Source of the DNA: an uncultured delta proteobacterium
Lineage (GTDB): Bacteria; Desulfobacterota; Desulfobacteria; Desulfobacterales; JAHEIW01
Direction: 5' to 3'
Assembly: GCA_963706575.1 (NCBI GenBank)
Contig: CAVPNL010000004.1
Location: 480,001 to 544,000, forward strand
DNA length: 64,000 nt
The notes under the pieces were generated by a model. That model worked only from the letters and a program-made list of their open reading frames with translations, was not told where the DNA came from and searched no databases. A program made the translations under genes and the position numbers. Positions 9,688 to 20,516 of the stretch are shown piece by piece. Position 1 is the first letter of the stretch; every line of letters starts with the position of its first letter.

Positions 9688-10668
9688 ATGGCTGATATTG
9701 TACACTATAAAGAACTCGGTCTGGTAAACACTGAAAATATGTTTAAAAAGGCCATGGCAGGCGGCTACGCCATCCCGGCCTATAACTTTAACAACATGGA
9801 ACAGCTCCAGGGTATCATCATCGGGTGCGCAGAATCAAAATCACCGGTGATTTTACAGGTGTCCGGCAGTGCCCGAAAGTATGCCGACCCGATATTTCTG
9901 CCATATATGGCAATGGGAGCCGTTCAGATGGCAAAAGCGCTGGGCGCCGATATCCCTGTGGCCCTGCATCTGGATCACGGCGATACCTTTGAGCTGGCCA
10001 AATCCTGTATCGATTCGGGCTTTTCCTCGGTAATGCTTGACGGGTCCCACCACCCGTTAGAGGAAAATGCAGCGCTGACCCGGCAGGTCGTCGATTATGC
10101 CCATGAACGCGAGGTCACGGTCGAAGGGGAGCTGGGGGTACTGGCCGGAGTCGAAGATGAAGTCTCCCATGAAGTATCGCATTATACCAAACCGGAAGAA
10201 GTCGAAGCGTTCGTTGAAAAAACCGGCGTGGACAGCCTGGCCATTTCAATCGGCACCTCCCACGGTGCCTATAAGTTTAAAGTCAAATCCGGCGAAGAAG
10301 TCCCTCCCCTCCGATTTGATATATTGGAAGAAATCGCCAGACGCGTACCGGGTTTTCCTATCGTGCTGCACGGGGCCTCAGCCGTTGTTCCCGAATACGT
10401 CAAGATGATCAACGCATTTGGCGGTAAAATGGATGACGCGGTCGGGATCCCTGAAGAACAGTTGAGAAAAGCAGCCGGATCTGCGGTGTGTAAAATTAAT
10501 ATCGACAGTGACGGCCGGCTGGCCATGACGGCGATCATCCGCAAAGTATTCGCCGAAAACCCGGCTGAGTTCGACCCCCGCAAATACCTGGGACCGGCGC
10601 GGGAAGAGCTTGTCAAAATGGTAAAGTATAAGAATGAGAAGGTGCTCGGCAGTGCAGGTAAAACGTAG
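9688..10668 (+). CDS. fba: class II fructose-bisphosphate aldolase
   Basis: LHLDHG, SSVMLDGS, VEGELG, IGTSHGAYK, VLHGAS, KINIDSD, FDPRKYL. Confidence 0.97.
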   Translation: MADIVHYKELGLVNTENMFKKAMAGGYAIPAYNFNNMEQLQGIIIGCAESKSPVILQVSGSARKYADPIFLPYMAMGAVQMAKALGADIPVALHLDHGDTFELAKSCIDSGFSSVMLDGSHHPLEENAALTRQVVDYAHEREVTVEGELGVLAGVEDEVSHEVSHYTKPEEVEAFVEKTGVDSLAISIGTSHGAYKFKVKSGEEVPPLRFDILEEIARRVPGFPIVLHGASAVVPEYVKMINAFGGKMDDAVGIPEEQLRKAAGSAVCKINIDSDGRLAMTAIIRKVFAENPAEFDPRKYLGPAREELVKMVKYKNEKVLGSAGKT

Positions 10669-10670
10669 AT

Positions 10671-10746
10671 GATTTCGGAATGCGGATTTCGGATTTTGAA
10701 TGATCGATGTGTCTACTATTTCAATCTGAAATCTGAAATCCGGAAT
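10671..10746. repeat. inverted heptamer-array element (GATTTCG variant)
   Basis: gatttcg gaatgcg gatttcg gattttgaa ... ttcaatctgaaatctgaaatccggaat; starts 3 nt after the fba stop. Confidence 0.88.
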
Positions 10747-10819
10747 TAATTTTTCTCCAATACTCCGGTTGAAACTGGATTAATGTATCTAAATTTTCGA
10801 TTAAATACAGGAGATCCCT

Positions 10820-12109
10820 GTGGATGAGAAAAATTTAAACTTTGATGTGGATCGATTGGGTGAATGCCGCGTGTCTTCCCCAATGTCCGGCGTGCAGTTT
10901 GTGGGTGAAGATGAACGTGTTCTTTATCATACCGACCCTCGCAAGATAGCGCCATTTTTTAAAGCGGGTCAACAGCCGCCTGCATTTGAACTCGCCGGGC
11001 CCCGCAATAAAATTTACTTCGATCCTTCCAAACTTAAATGCGGAATTGTGACCTGCGGGGGCCTCTGCCCGGGGCTAAACGATGTCATCCGCGCCATTGT
11101 CATGGGCCTGCATTACCATTACGGTGTCAAAACGGTATTTGGCTTCCCTTATGGTTACGAAGGTCTTTCCTATAAATATGGCCATGTACCGGTAGAACTG
11201 AACCCGGAAGTGGTTAACAATATTCACCAGATCGGCGGAACGATTCTGGGTTCATCCCGCGGGCCCCAGGATGTCTCGGAGATGGTGGATACCCTGGAAC
11301 GAATGAACATCGGTATTCTGTTTACCATTGGCGGTGATGGGACGCTGCGCGGTGCCCAGGCCATTGCCAAAGAAGTGGGTAAGCGCAATCTAAAGATTGG
11401 TGTTATCGGCGTCCCCAAAACAATTGACAACGATATCTCATTTACCGATCAATCCTTCGGTTTTGTTACCGCCGTATCCGAATCGAGAACTGCCATCTAT
11501 TCAGCCCACACAGAAGCCCAGGGAGCCCGGAACGGTATCGGTCTGGTAAAGCTGATGGGCCGCGAATCGGGTTTTATCGCCGCGTTTGCCTCCATCACTA
11601 ACGGGGATGTTAATTTCTGTCTGATCCCTGAAATACGCTTTACCCTGGAGTGTTTCCTCGAGGCTTTGAAAGAGCGACTGGAAAATAGAAGGCATGCGGT
11701 TGTCGTGGTGGGCGAAGGCGCCGGCCAGGATTTAATTGAAGCCACCGGTGAACGGGATGAATCCGGCAACATCCGTTTTAGTGATATCGGTCTTTTTCTT
11801 AAAGACCGGATTCCGGCCTATTTTAAAAATAAAAAAATGGATGTGACTTTGAAATACATCGATCCCAGCTACACCATCCGGAGCATGCCGGCAAATCCGC
11901 ATGACTCCGGATTTTGTTTGCTGCTGGGCCATAATGCGGTGCATGCCGGGATGTGCGGAAAAACGAATATGGTGGTCGGCCACTGGAACAACGAATTTAC
12001 ATATGTGCCGATTCCTCTGGCGGTATCCCAACGCAAGCAAATCGATCCGCATGGTAGATTGTGGAGCAATGTGCTTTCATGCACCGGCCAGCCCAAGGAA
12101 CTGGTGTGA
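10820..12109 (+). CDS. pfk: ATP-dependent 6-phosphofructokinase (clade X-like)
   Basis: TCGGLCPGLN, GGTILGSSRG, IGGDGT (Gly at this position indicates ATP-type), PKTIDND, MGRESG, KYIDPSY. Confidence 0.93.
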   Translation: MDEKNLNFDVDRLGECRVSSPMSGVQFVGEDERVLYHTDPRKIAPFFKAGQQPPAFELAGPRNKIYFDPSKLKCGIVTCGGLCPGLNDVIRAIVMGLHYHYGVKTVFGFPYGYEGLSYKYGHVPVELNPEVVNNIHQIGGTILGSSRGPQDVSEMVDTLERMNIGILFTIGGDGTLRGAQAIAKEVGKRNLKIGVIGVPKTIDNDISFTDQSFGFVTAVSESRTAIYSAHTEAQGARNGIGLVKLMGRESGFIAAFASITNGDVNFCLIPEIRFTLECFLEALKERLENRRHAVVVVGEGAGQDLIEATGERDESGNIRFSDIGLFLKDRIPAYFKNKKMDVTLKYIDPSYTIRSMPANPHDSGFCLLLGHNAVHAGMCGKTNMVVGHWNNEFTYVPIPLAVSQRKQIDPHGRLWSNVLSCTGQPKELV

Positions 12110-12112
12110 ATC

Positions 12113-12147
12113 GAATGTTGAATTCGGAATGTGGATTTCGGAATTAA
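12113..12147 (+). repeat. solo heptamer arm
   Basis: gaatgtt gaattcg gaatgtg gatttcg gaattaa directly after the pfk stop; no partner arm seen. Confidence 0.75.
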
Positions 12148-12177
12148 GAATACAAAACACACTCGCAAAAGGAGCTG

Positions 12178-13473
12178 ATGATGCCTGATATTCGAACCGG
12201 GGAAAAAGTTAAAAATGTCGGTTTTATTTCCACCCGAATCGCCGGCACGGATGGGGTGTCGCTGGAGCTTGAAAAATGGGCGGATGTCTTCAAAAAATTT
12301 GGCTGGACGAGTTTTTATTTTGCCGGTGAATTAGACCGGCCGCCGGAGCGATCCTACCTGGTTGAAGAAGCCCATTTTACCCATCCTGAAATAAAGGCGA
12401 TTCATAACAAAGTATTCGGTGTAACGACTCGTGAGCGCGCAGTCTCTAAGAAAATTTATCAACTGGCCATAAAACTAAAAGACGATTTATACGACTTTGT
12501 CAAAAAATTCGACATCGATCTGATTATTCCGCAAAACGCGCTGACGATTCCGCTGAACATCCCCCTGGGAATTGCTCTGACAGAATTTATCGCCGAGACC
12601 CATATCCGCACCATCGCACATCATCATGATTTTTACTGGGAACGCGACCGCTTTATGGTGAACGCCGTGTCGGATTATTTAAGAATGGCCTTTCCACCGG
12701 TGTTGCCATCCATCGATCATGTAGTGATTAACTCGGTGGCTGATATCGAGTTGAGTTTGCGCACCGGTATTTCAAGTCATGTTATTTACAATGTCATGGA
12801 TTTTGACAATCCACCGCCGCCACCTGACGAATATACATTCGATGTGAGGCAGGCCCTGGGTATCGCAGACGATGAGCTTTTTGTTTTGCAGCCCACCCGC
12901 GTGGTTCAGCGCAAGGGAATCGAGCATGCGATTGAATTGGTTCACCGGCTGGGCCGCAAAGCCAAACTGGTAATTTCGCATGCCTCCGGTGATGAAGGCT
13001 ATGACTATGAGCAGCGACTGAAAGAATATTCCAAACTGATGAACGTCAATACGATTTTCGTTTCCGACATCATCAACGAGGAAAGAGGCACCACACCGGA
13101 CGGCAGGAAAATTTACACCCTGGAAGACATTTACCCCTATGCGGATCTGGTCACCTACCCTTCGTCTTTTGAAGGATTTGGCAACGCCTTTTTGGAAACA
13201 CTCTATTTTAAAAAACCGATCGTCGTGAATACCTATTCAATTTATCTCAAAGATATTCAGCCCAAAGGATTCAAGGTTATTGAAATTGACGGTTACGTTA
13301 CCGATAAAGCAGTTGAGCATACCAAACAGATATTGGACAACCCGGATCTTCGCCAAGAAATGGTTGACCACGATTATGCGTTGGCCAAAGAATATTTTTC
13401 TTACACGGTTCTAGAACGTATACTCAGACATTATATGATCGAACACAATTGGCTGGCACCTGATCAATGTTAG
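12178..13473 (+). CDS. GT4 glycosyltransferase, mannosylglucosylglycerate-synthase (MggS)-like
   Basis: DGVSLELEKW, AHHHDFYWER, HVVIN, NVMDF, RKGIE, YPSSFEGFGNAFLE (GT-B EX7E motif); MggS resemblance is from recollection. Confidence 0.8.
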   Translation: MMPDIRTGEKVKNVGFISTRIAGTDGVSLELEKWADVFKKFGWTSFYFAGELDRPPERSYLVEEAHFTHPEIKAIHNKVFGVTTRERAVSKKIYQLAIKLKDDLYDFVKKFDIDLIIPQNALTIPLNIPLGIALTEFIAETHIRTIAHHHDFYWERDRFMVNAVSDYLRMAFPPVLPSIDHVVINSVADIELSLRTGISSHVIYNVMDFDNPPPPPDEYTFDVRQALGIADDELFVLQPTRVVQRKGIEHAIELVHRLGRKAKLVISHASGDEGYDYEQRLKEYSKLMNVNTIFVSDIINEERGTTPDGRKIYTLEDIYPYADLVTYPSSFEGFGNAFLETLYFKKPIVVNTYSIYLKDIQPKGFKVIEIDGYVTDKAVEHTKQILDNPDLRQEMVDHDYALAKEYFSYTVLERILRHYMIEHNWLAPDQC

Positions 13474-13486
13474 CGGGAGAGGGAAA

Positions 13487-15190
13487 ATGGAACGCATGGA
13501 TAAAGTAAAAGACCTGCTTAAGAAAATATATGGGGAAAAAGCCGGTGGGCAGGCGTTTGAGCGACTCACATCGATAATTGAAAAATATGCGGTTCAAAAA
13601 CGTAAAAAAGAAACCTACTTCTCCCAGGAAGATGTAGTGCTGATCACCTATGGAGATTCATTGAGGAAAAATGGAGAAGCGCCTCTGACGACCTTGCATG
13701 AATTTGCCAACCAGTACCTGAAAGGGGCCATCTCCAACGTTCACTTCCTGCCCTTTTTTCCTTATTCCTCAGATGACGGTTTCTCGGTTATGGACTTTTT
13801 TGAGATCGATCCCGCACTGGGCTCCTGGCAAGAAGTGGCCGCCATCTGGCAGGACTTTGAACTGATGTTTGACTATGTGGTCAACCATTATTCATCAAAG
13901 GGTCAATGGTTCCAGAGCTATCTGGAGGGCAAAGACGGATTTGAAGCCTTTGCCATGGAAGTCGATCCCGCAACCGATTTGTCGATGGTCACCCGGCCCA
14001 GATCCCTGCCGCTTTTATCGGAGTACAAAAAAAAGGATGGTCGAACGGTCCATCTGTGGACCACTTTCAGTGCCGATCAAATCGATTTTAATTTTAAAAG
14101 CCTGGACGTGCTCGAGAAAATGATCGATGTTCTGCTGTTTTATGCCGATCGGGGCGCGACTATTTTACGGCTGGATGCCATCGCCTATTTATGGAAAGAA
14201 ATCGGCACCAGCTGCATTCACCTGTCTCAAACCCATGATATGGTAAAACTTTTCCGGGCCGTATTGGATCTGGTGGCCCCGGACGTGATCATTTTAACGG
14301 AAACCAATGTTCCCCATGATGAAAATATCAGCTATTTTGGAGACGGCCGCGATGAGGCCCAGATGGTCTATAATTTTACCCTGCCGCCGCTGTTGTTTTA
14401 TTCAATGGTAAAAGAAGATGCCACCGTCCTGTCGCAATGGGCCAAAGGTCTTTATCTGGAATCTGCAAACAATACGTTTTTTAACTTCACGGCCTCCCAT
14501 GACGGTATCGGTGTCCGGCCCCTGGAGGGTATTTTAGACCCCGCAGAACTGGATGGGTTGATTGAAATCGTGAAAGCCAACGCGGGGCAGGTTTCTTACA
14601 AACAAAATCCTGATGGTTCTGAAAGCCCCTATGAATTAAACATTACCTATGTGGACGCCATTCTGGCGGACACATCCTCGACCCGGGCAAATAAATTTCT
14701 GGCCTCCCAGTCCATTCAATATGCCCTGCCGGGTGTACCGGCGACCTATATCCACAGCCTGCTGGGCTCACGCAACTGGGTGGAAGGGATCAAGCAAACC
14801 GGCAGAGCCCGCACCATCAACCGTGAAAAACTGCCGGTAGATAAACTCATTTCAGAATTAAATGATCCGGATTCCTTTCGCGCGCGGGTTTTTTTCCCGT
14901 ATCTGAATTTAATCAAAACCCGCAAAAAACAGAGCGCCTTTCACCCCAATGCCGGGTTTGAGATTCTGGAGCTGGATCCGAAAGTTTTCGGGATCAAACG
15001 ATACAGTAAAAACCAGACAATTTACGCCCTCAGCAACATTTCATCCAAACCCATTGCCATTTCTCTTGCGGGAACGGCATCAGCCGATCAAACAACCGAT
15101 TTAATTACCGGCGAAACGGTAAACACAGCGGCATTTGATCTAAATCCCTATCAGTACATGTGGCTTGAAGAAAAAGGCGAAAAGATCTAA
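13487..15190 (+). CDS. GH13_18 glycoside phosphorylase, probably glucosylglycerate phosphorylase
   Basis: LITYGD, PFFPYSSDDGF, WTTFSADQID, RLDAI, TETNVP, ASHDGIG, YELN. Confidence 0.88.
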   Translation: MERMDKVKDLLKKIYGEKAGGQAFERLTSIIEKYAVQKRKKETYFSQEDVVLITYGDSLRKNGEAPLTTLHEFANQYLKGAISNVHFLPFFPYSSDDGFSVMDFFEIDPALGSWQEVAAIWQDFELMFDYVVNHYSSKGQWFQSYLEGKDGFEAFAMEVDPATDLSMVTRPRSLPLLSEYKKKDGRTVHLWTTFSADQIDFNFKSLDVLEKMIDVLLFYADRGATILRLDAIAYLWKEIGTSCIHLSQTHDMVKLFRAVLDLVAPDVIILTETNVPHDENISYFGDGRDEAQMVYNFTLPPLLFYSMVKEDATVLSQWAKGLYLESANNTFFNFTASHDGIGVRPLEGILDPAELDGLIEIVKANAGQVSYKQNPDGSESPYELNITYVDAILADTSSTRANKFLASQSIQYALPGVPATYIHSLLGSRNWVEGIKQTGRARTINREKLPVDKLISELNDPDSFRARVFFPYLNLIKTRKKQSAFHPNAGFEILELDPKVFGIKRYSKNQTIYALSNISSKPIAISLAGTASADQTTDLITGETVNTAAFDLNPYQYMWLEEKGEKI

Positions 15191-15247
15191 ACTTGAAACG
15201 ATACTCTGAACGCTATCTGACTTGTCAAAATTAGAGGTGGGCAACAA

Positions 15248-17386
15248 ATGAATACCAAAACATGGACTGCAAAAGCAAAAGACGGTTTCAACACTTTAGA
15301 TGTCTCGCAAAAGTATATTAACTCCGCCCTGAAATGGCTGGATGTCTGGTTAACCGATCCAGCCTTCAGCGAATATGTTCCTCAGATTCAATATTTAATC
15401 GAAAGCGGCAAATGGAATTTTTTGCTGGATTCCTTTTACCAGGTCATTCCTTTTGGCACCGGCGGCCGCAGGGGTCTGGTCGGTATCGGACCCAATCGGA
15501 TAAATTCCTGGACGATACAGGCATCCGCCCAGGGCCACTCGCAATACCTGACCAAGGTCTTCGGGGAGGAAGCCAAAAAACGGGGCGTGGTTCTCACATA
15601 TGATGTGCGCAAATATGCCCAAAAAGGCGCCTATGATGATTCGGCGCCCAATCCCGTCATGGGCTTAGACGGCAGGAAGCTCGCCAGAGCCGCGGCCGAG
15701 GTTTACGCCGCCAATCATATCAAAGTGTATATGTACGCTGAGGCCCGAAGCACACCGCAACTTTCCTTTACCATTCGCCATCTAAACGCAATTTCAGGTG
15801 ATATGTTTAGTGCCAGCCACAATCTACCGACCGATAACGGTAAAAAGGTCTATGATCAGTACGGCGGGCAGCTCATTCCACCTGATGATCAAAACCTGGT
15901 GGATGAAGTCACCCAGAATGTCAAGGAAATAAAAACGGTTGATTTTGATCAGGCCAGAGCCGGTGGGCTCATCGAGCTTATCGGCAAAGAAGTCGATGAA
16001 GCCTATTATAATGCCGTATGCCCGGTATCCCTTTCCGAGGAACGAGATTTAAAGATCGTTTATTCTCCCCTGCACGGGACCGGCCTGACATCGGTCGATC
16101 CGATATTTAAAAAGCTGGGTTTTGACGTCACCCTCGATCCGGCAACTTCGAACTTAAGCGGAGCGTTTGAAAACGTAACTTTCAATATACCCAATCCGGA
16201 AGTCGTCGAATCCTTTGACACCTCGCTGCCGTTTGCCGAAGAAATGGATGCCGATATTTTGATCAGTACCGATCCGGATGCGGATCGAATCGGCGTAATG
16301 CTCAAACACAACGGCTCCTGGGAGTTTTTAAGCGGCAATGAAATCGGAATCATCCTGACCCAGTATGCCATTTCAAAATATAAGGCACGCGGCCAACTCA
16401 ACCCGGAAAATATCATCATCAAAACCGATGTCACCACTTCATTGATTCAAAAAATCGCCGATGAAAATAAGGTCCAATGTATCGGCAATTTGCTGGTCGG
16501 GTTCAAATATATCGGCGATCTGATGAATAAAATCGAAAGTGAAAACAAAATCGAGCACTTTATCCTCGGTACCGAAGAAAGCCATGGGTACCTGATGGGC
16601 AATTATGCCCGGGACAAGGATGCCGCCTGTGCGGCGGTGTGGATATCCGAACACGCGGCTGAACTCAAAAAGAAAAATAAAACGCTATTGGATGACCTGG
16701 CCGAAATCTATGCCAAATACGGCTATTGTCATAATTATTTAACCGAAATCAGATTATTGGGCGCCAAGGGCATGGAGCAAATTATGTTCATTATGAATCA
16801 TCTGCGGGATACCCGGATTGATTCGTTTGGTGATTTCAAGGTTCGGCATAAAATTGACCGCCGCGACGGTGAACCGCAACCGCACCTGTCGCGCACCGAC
16901 TCATCGGCACGCAACATGCTGATCTACTACATGGAAGATACCCCGGATACAACCGGCATGCGAATGACGGTACGGCCGTCCGGCACGGAGCCGAAAATTA
17001 AAATGTACTTCGAAGTGTTCGGGAAACCATTTAAATTGGACAATATCGATTCGGAAAAAGATAAAGTCTGCAAAATCCGTGAAGACCTGGAAAAAAGTGT
17101 CATGCAATATTGCTATCAACTGCTGGATGTCGACTTCCCGGACAGAGGTTTTTTGCTGTTCTGGCAGCTGCCGCTCAATGATAAATTAAAATATTTCGAA
17201 ATTGAAGAAGAAATCACCCGTCTGAAAAGCGTTTCCGACGAAAAAGAACGCAAAGAAAAATTATTTGCGCTATTGGAATTTCTGGGCGCCAATCCGATCG
17301 AAAAAATAAATAAGGCGTTCCAGGAGAAGTATCAAAGCGGGTATATTGGAATACCTCGAGTTGTCTTAAGCCGACCAGGCACATAA
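15248..17386 (+). CDS. phosphoglucomutase/phosphomannomutase (phosphohexomutase); extreme C-terminus possibly frameshifted
   Basis: FGTGGRRG, SASHN, DPDADR, GFKY, EESHG, RDKD, RPSGTEPKIK. Confidence 0.92.
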   Translation: MNTKTWTAKAKDGFNTLDVSQKYINSALKWLDVWLTDPAFSEYVPQIQYLIESGKWNFLLDSFYQVIPFGTGGRRGLVGIGPNRINSWTIQASAQGHSQYLTKVFGEEAKKRGVVLTYDVRKYAQKGAYDDSAPNPVMGLDGRKLARAAAEVYAANHIKVYMYAEARSTPQLSFTIRHLNAISGDMFSASHNLPTDNGKKVYDQYGGQLIPPDDQNLVDEVTQNVKEIKTVDFDQARAGGLIELIGKEVDEAYYNAVCPVSLSEERDLKIVYSPLHGTGLTSVDPIFKKLGFDVTLDPATSNLSGAFENVTFNIPNPEVVESFDTSLPFAEEMDADILISTDPDADRIGVMLKHNGSWEFLSGNEIGIILTQYAISKYKARGQLNPENIIIKTDVTTSLIQKIADENKVQCIGNLLVGFKYIGDLMNKIESENKIEHFILGTEESHGYLMGNYARDKDAACAAVWISEHAAELKKKNKTLLDDLAEIYAKYGYCHNYLTEIRLLGAKGMEQIMFIMNHLRDTRIDSFGDFKVRHKIDRRDGEPQPHLSRTDSSARNMLIYYMEDTPDTTGMRMTVRPSGTEPKIKMYFEVFGKPFKLDNIDSEKDKVCKIREDLEKSVMQYCYQLLDVDFPDRGFLLFWQLPLNDKLKYFEIEEEITRLKSVSDEKERKEKLFALLEFLGANPIEKINKAFQEKYQSGYIGIPRVVLSRPGT

Positions 17387-17391
17387 TTATC

Positions 17392-17486
17392 AATTGCGGA
17401 TTGCAGATTTCGGATTGCGGATTTAAAGATCAGAAATTTATGCATTATTTCAAACAATCCGCATTCCGCAATCCGAAATCTAAAAT
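17392..17486. repeat. gene-less inverted heptamer-array element (GATTGCG family)
   Basis: left arm 17392-17427 matches 327-362 at 35/36; right arm 17456-17486 aatccgcattccgcaatccgaaatctaaaat. Confidence 0.95.
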
Positions 17487-17498
17487 ATGAGGAACCCC

Positions 17499-18929
17499 AT
17501 GCCCTTCCCTGCCAATAAAACCAAAATTGTCTGCACCATCGGGCCGGCTTCGGATTCTCCCGAAATTTTGGAAAAAATGATCCACGCGGGAATGAATGTG
17601 GCGCGCCTTAATTTTTCTCACAGTGATTTTGAGAGCCACGCGGATACCATCCAAAAAATCCGAGCCGCATCGAAGGTTACCAAAAGACGGGTGGCCATCA
17701 TGGCCGATCTACCCGGTCCCAAAATGCGAATCGGAGAACTTGAAGAGGAGCCCATTGAATTAGAACTCGATGATCCCTTCACCTTGACAACCGAAGATAT
17801 CATTGGCAATCAGACGCGTGTATCCGTTAGTTTCCCGCGTCTGCCCAAAGCGGTAAAACCGGAAGACAAGCTGTTTATAAACGATGGTCTGGTCGAACTT
17901 GAAGTCATAAAGGTAGATGGCAAAGACGTTCATTGTAAAGTTCTTGTCGGCGGTCGCCTGCGATCCCGCAAAGGACTGAATTTGCCAGGAATCGACCTCG
18001 GCATCAGTGCTTTTACAGACCGCGATCATGAATGCCTGAGGTTTGCTCTGGAACATGGCGTGAATGCTGTCAGCCAGTCGTTCGTTGAAACCGGCGAAGA
18101 TATCAAGGCTGTCCGCAAAGCCGCCACGGACCTTGGCCACGATCCGTTTATTATCGCCAAAATCGAGCGCATCGGGGCACGCAATCACATCGATGACATC
18201 CTTGACGCAGCCGACGGTATCATGATTGCCCGGGGTGATCTGGGGGTTGAAATTCCGATCGAAAAGATGGCCATTGCCCAGAAGCTGCTTATGCACAAGG
18301 CCAATCTGGTAGGTAAACCCGTCATTACCGCCACCCAGATGCTGGAGTCCATGAGCCACAGCCGCCGACCCACCCGGGCCGAGGCTACCGATGTGGCCAA
18401 TGCCATATTGGATGGCACCGATTGCGTCATGCTGTCCGGCGAATCCGCCATGGGCGAATATCCGGTGGATGCAACCGCCATGCTGACTAAAATTGCAGCG
18501 GCCATCGAACCGTATCGCAGCGTCAATCCCATCAAAGGGAAACTGGTATCGCGCCGGGAAGGCGATGACGTCCACCTTGAAGATTTGATCGCCTTAAGCG
18601 TTGAAACGACGCTCGAGCGCATCACGCCGCCGACAGTCATCGTGCCCACCCGCAGCGGGGCAACAGCCAGAAGCATTACACGCTTTAGACTGCCGGTGTG
18701 GATTACCGCATTCAGCCGCTATGAAAAAACATGTCAGGATCTGATGTTTTCCTACGGCGTCTTTCCGATCTGTGAGGTGGAACATCCGAATGATTGGAAA
18801 CAATGGGCCCGTAACTGGCTGCAGACCGTTGGAGAGGTGGGCAACCTGGTGGTGTTGACCGAAGGACCTTCAAAAAAACATCCCTATCGTAACAACCGCA
18901 TGGAGATACTTGATCTGAGTCGGACGTGA
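17499..18929 (+). CDS. pyk: pyruvate kinase
   Basis: KTKIVCTIGPAS, ARLNFSH, DLPGPK, IAKIE, MIARGDLGVE, ATQMLESM, PTRAEATDVANA. Confidence 0.98.
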   Translation: MPFPANKTKIVCTIGPASDSPEILEKMIHAGMNVARLNFSHSDFESHADTIQKIRAASKVTKRRVAIMADLPGPKMRIGELEEEPIELELDDPFTLTTEDIIGNQTRVSVSFPRLPKAVKPEDKLFINDGLVELEVIKVDGKDVHCKVLVGGRLRSRKGLNLPGIDLGISAFTDRDHECLRFALEHGVNAVSQSFVETGEDIKAVRKAATDLGHDPFIIAKIERIGARNHIDDILDAADGIMIARGDLGVEIPIEKMAIAQKLLMHKANLVGKPVITATQMLESMSHSRRPTRAEATDVANAILDGTDCVMLSGESAMGEYPVDATAMLTKIAAAIEPYRSVNPIKGKLVSRREGDDVHLEDLIALSVETTLERITPPTVIVPTRSGATARSITRFRLPVWITAFSRYEKTCQDLMFSYGVFPICEVEHPNDWKQWARNWLQTVGEVGNLVVLTEGPSKKHPYRNNRMEILDLSRT

Positions 18930-18950
18930 AAAAGCGCCTCCGGCTCTTTT

Positions 18951-18989
18951 TGTTGAATTGGTTTTATTGGTTATATTGGTTTTATTAGT
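18951..18989 (+). repeat. solo 9-mer arm (GGTTTTATT family)
   Basis: tgttgaatt ggttttatt ggttatatt ggttttatt; same unit type as 39152 and 43103. Confidence 0.8.
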
Positions 18990-19021
18990 GGCTGCTTCAG
19001 AAAAGTTGATATTTGTTTGAT

Positions 19022-19083
19022 TCGTGGCTGGAAGCCACTCCCACATCCAATTGTTAACAGTGGGAGCGGCATTTTGCCGCGAT
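19022..19083. repeat. inverted pair of GTGG-type REP-like palindromes
   Basis: minus strand GTGGGAGTGGCTTCCAGCCACGA (19022-19044) and plus strand GTGGGAGCGGCATTTTGCCGCGAT (19060-19083). Confidence 0.75.
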
Positions 19084-19107
19084 ATCAAAACAGAATGAGA
19101 GAAAGAT

Positions 19108-20451
19108 ATGGGCTCAAATATCGGAAAGATGCGCGAACACGCCTTGCAGATTTTTCAGGCCGGATTGCAGGCCGTCGATCCGTTGGAAGCCATCATTCGC
19201 CATGTAACATTGAACGATAATGTGCTTCGCATCAGCGACCGGCAGTTCAATCTTAAAGATTATGATCGAATTCTAGTCGTCGGCGCCGGAAAGGCTGTCG
19301 CGCCCATGGCCAAGGCATTGGAAGATCTTCTGGGAAATCGTATTTCCGACGGTGTGATGGTTGTCAAAGATGAACATGGCTTGCCTTTAAAAAAAATAAA
19401 GGTCCGCGAAGCCAGTCATCCGGTCCCTGACGAGCGCGGCGTAAAGGGTACGGAGGAAATCCTCTCCCTGGTTGAAACAGCCGGTAAGCGCGACCTGGTC
19501 ATATGTTTGATCTCCGGTGGAGGATCGGCGCTTTTAATCGCTCCGGTCCATGACATATCGCTTGAAGATAAACAAAATGCCACAAAGCTTTTATTGGCCT
19601 GCGGTGCAACGATCCATGAATTCAACACCGTTCGCAAACATCTCTCCCGGGCCAAAGGCGGCAGACTGGCACAGATGGCCTATCCGGCTACGGTTACCAG
19701 CCTAATCCTATCAGATGTGGTGGGGGATGATCTGGATGTCATTGCATCCGGTCCGACGGTTCCCGACTCCAGCACGTTTAACGACGCCGAGCGGATCCTT
19801 AAAGACTATGGCATCTGGGATCAGCTGGCACCCACTGTCCGCAATCATCTCGAAAAAGGGGCTTCCGGCCAAATAGAGGATACACCGAAATCAGATAATG
19901 CGGTCTTTCAACAATGTTCCCAGGTGCTGGTGGGAACCAATCTTCAAGCATTGAAGGCTGCCGGCCAGGAAGCACAGCGGCTCGGATATCACCCGTTAAT
20001 TCTTTCTTCCAAAGTAGAAGGAGAGGCCCGTGAGGTGGCAAAGTTTTATACGGCCATTGCCAAGGAAGCCCTCAGTTCGCAGAATCCATTAAAACCTCCG
20101 GTATGTGTACTTGCCGGAGGTGAGACCACCGTGACGCTCACCGGAGAAGGGCGTGGCGGCCGTAATCAGGAATTTGCCCTAGCGGCGGCCCTGACAATAG
20201 CGGGTTTAGACAATACCGTCGTTTTGAGCGGCGGTACGGACGGAACCGACGGCCCGACGGATGCCGCCGGAGCGATTGCCGACGGCACTACGGTGGCGCG
20301 GGCGCTTGAAAAAGGCCTGGATCCGAAAGATTTTCTGAGACGTAATGATTCCTATAACCTCTTTCAAAAACTGGAAGACCTGCTAATGACCGGGCCCACC
20401 CGCACAAATGTGATGGATATGTATATGCTGCTGGTCGGCAGCGCCAAGTGA
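19108..20451 (+). CDS. glycerate kinase (MOFRL / class II, glycerate 2-kinase type)
   Basis: [62 protein letters not shown]. Confidence 0.93.
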   Translation: MGSNIGKMREHALQIFQAGLQAVDPLEAIIRHVTLNDNVLRISDRQFNLKDYDRILVVGAGKAVAPMAKALEDLLGNRISDGVMVVKDEHGLPLKKIKVREASHPVPDERGVKGTEEILSLVETAGKRDLVICLISGGGSALLIAPVHDISLEDKQNATKLLLACGATIHEFNTVRKHLSRAKGGRLAQMAYPATVTSLILSDVVGDDLDVIASGPTVPDSSTFNDAERILKDYGIWDQLAPTVRNHLEKGASGQIEDTPKSDNAVFQQCSQVLVGTNLQALKAAGQEAQRLGYHPLILSSKVEGEAREVAKFYTAIAKEALSSQNPLKPPVCVLAGGETTVTLTGEGRGGRNQEFALAAALTIAGLDNTVVLSGGTDGTDGPTDAAGAIADGTTVARALEKGLDPKDFLRRNDSYNLFQKLEDLLMTGPTRTNVMDMYMLLVGSAK

Positions 20452-20516
20452 TTTCGGATTTTGGAATTAAAAATAAGTGTCAAGACCAGAGTGTGGGTCC
20501 GACAGGGAGATCTGAT

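Noticed and set aside
776..18575. Long antisense ORFs (e.g. 776-1441, 4832-5521, 7423-8031, 17760-18575)
   Set aside because: They fully overlap well-supported housekeeping genes on the opposite strand and show no motifs; typical shadow ORFs.
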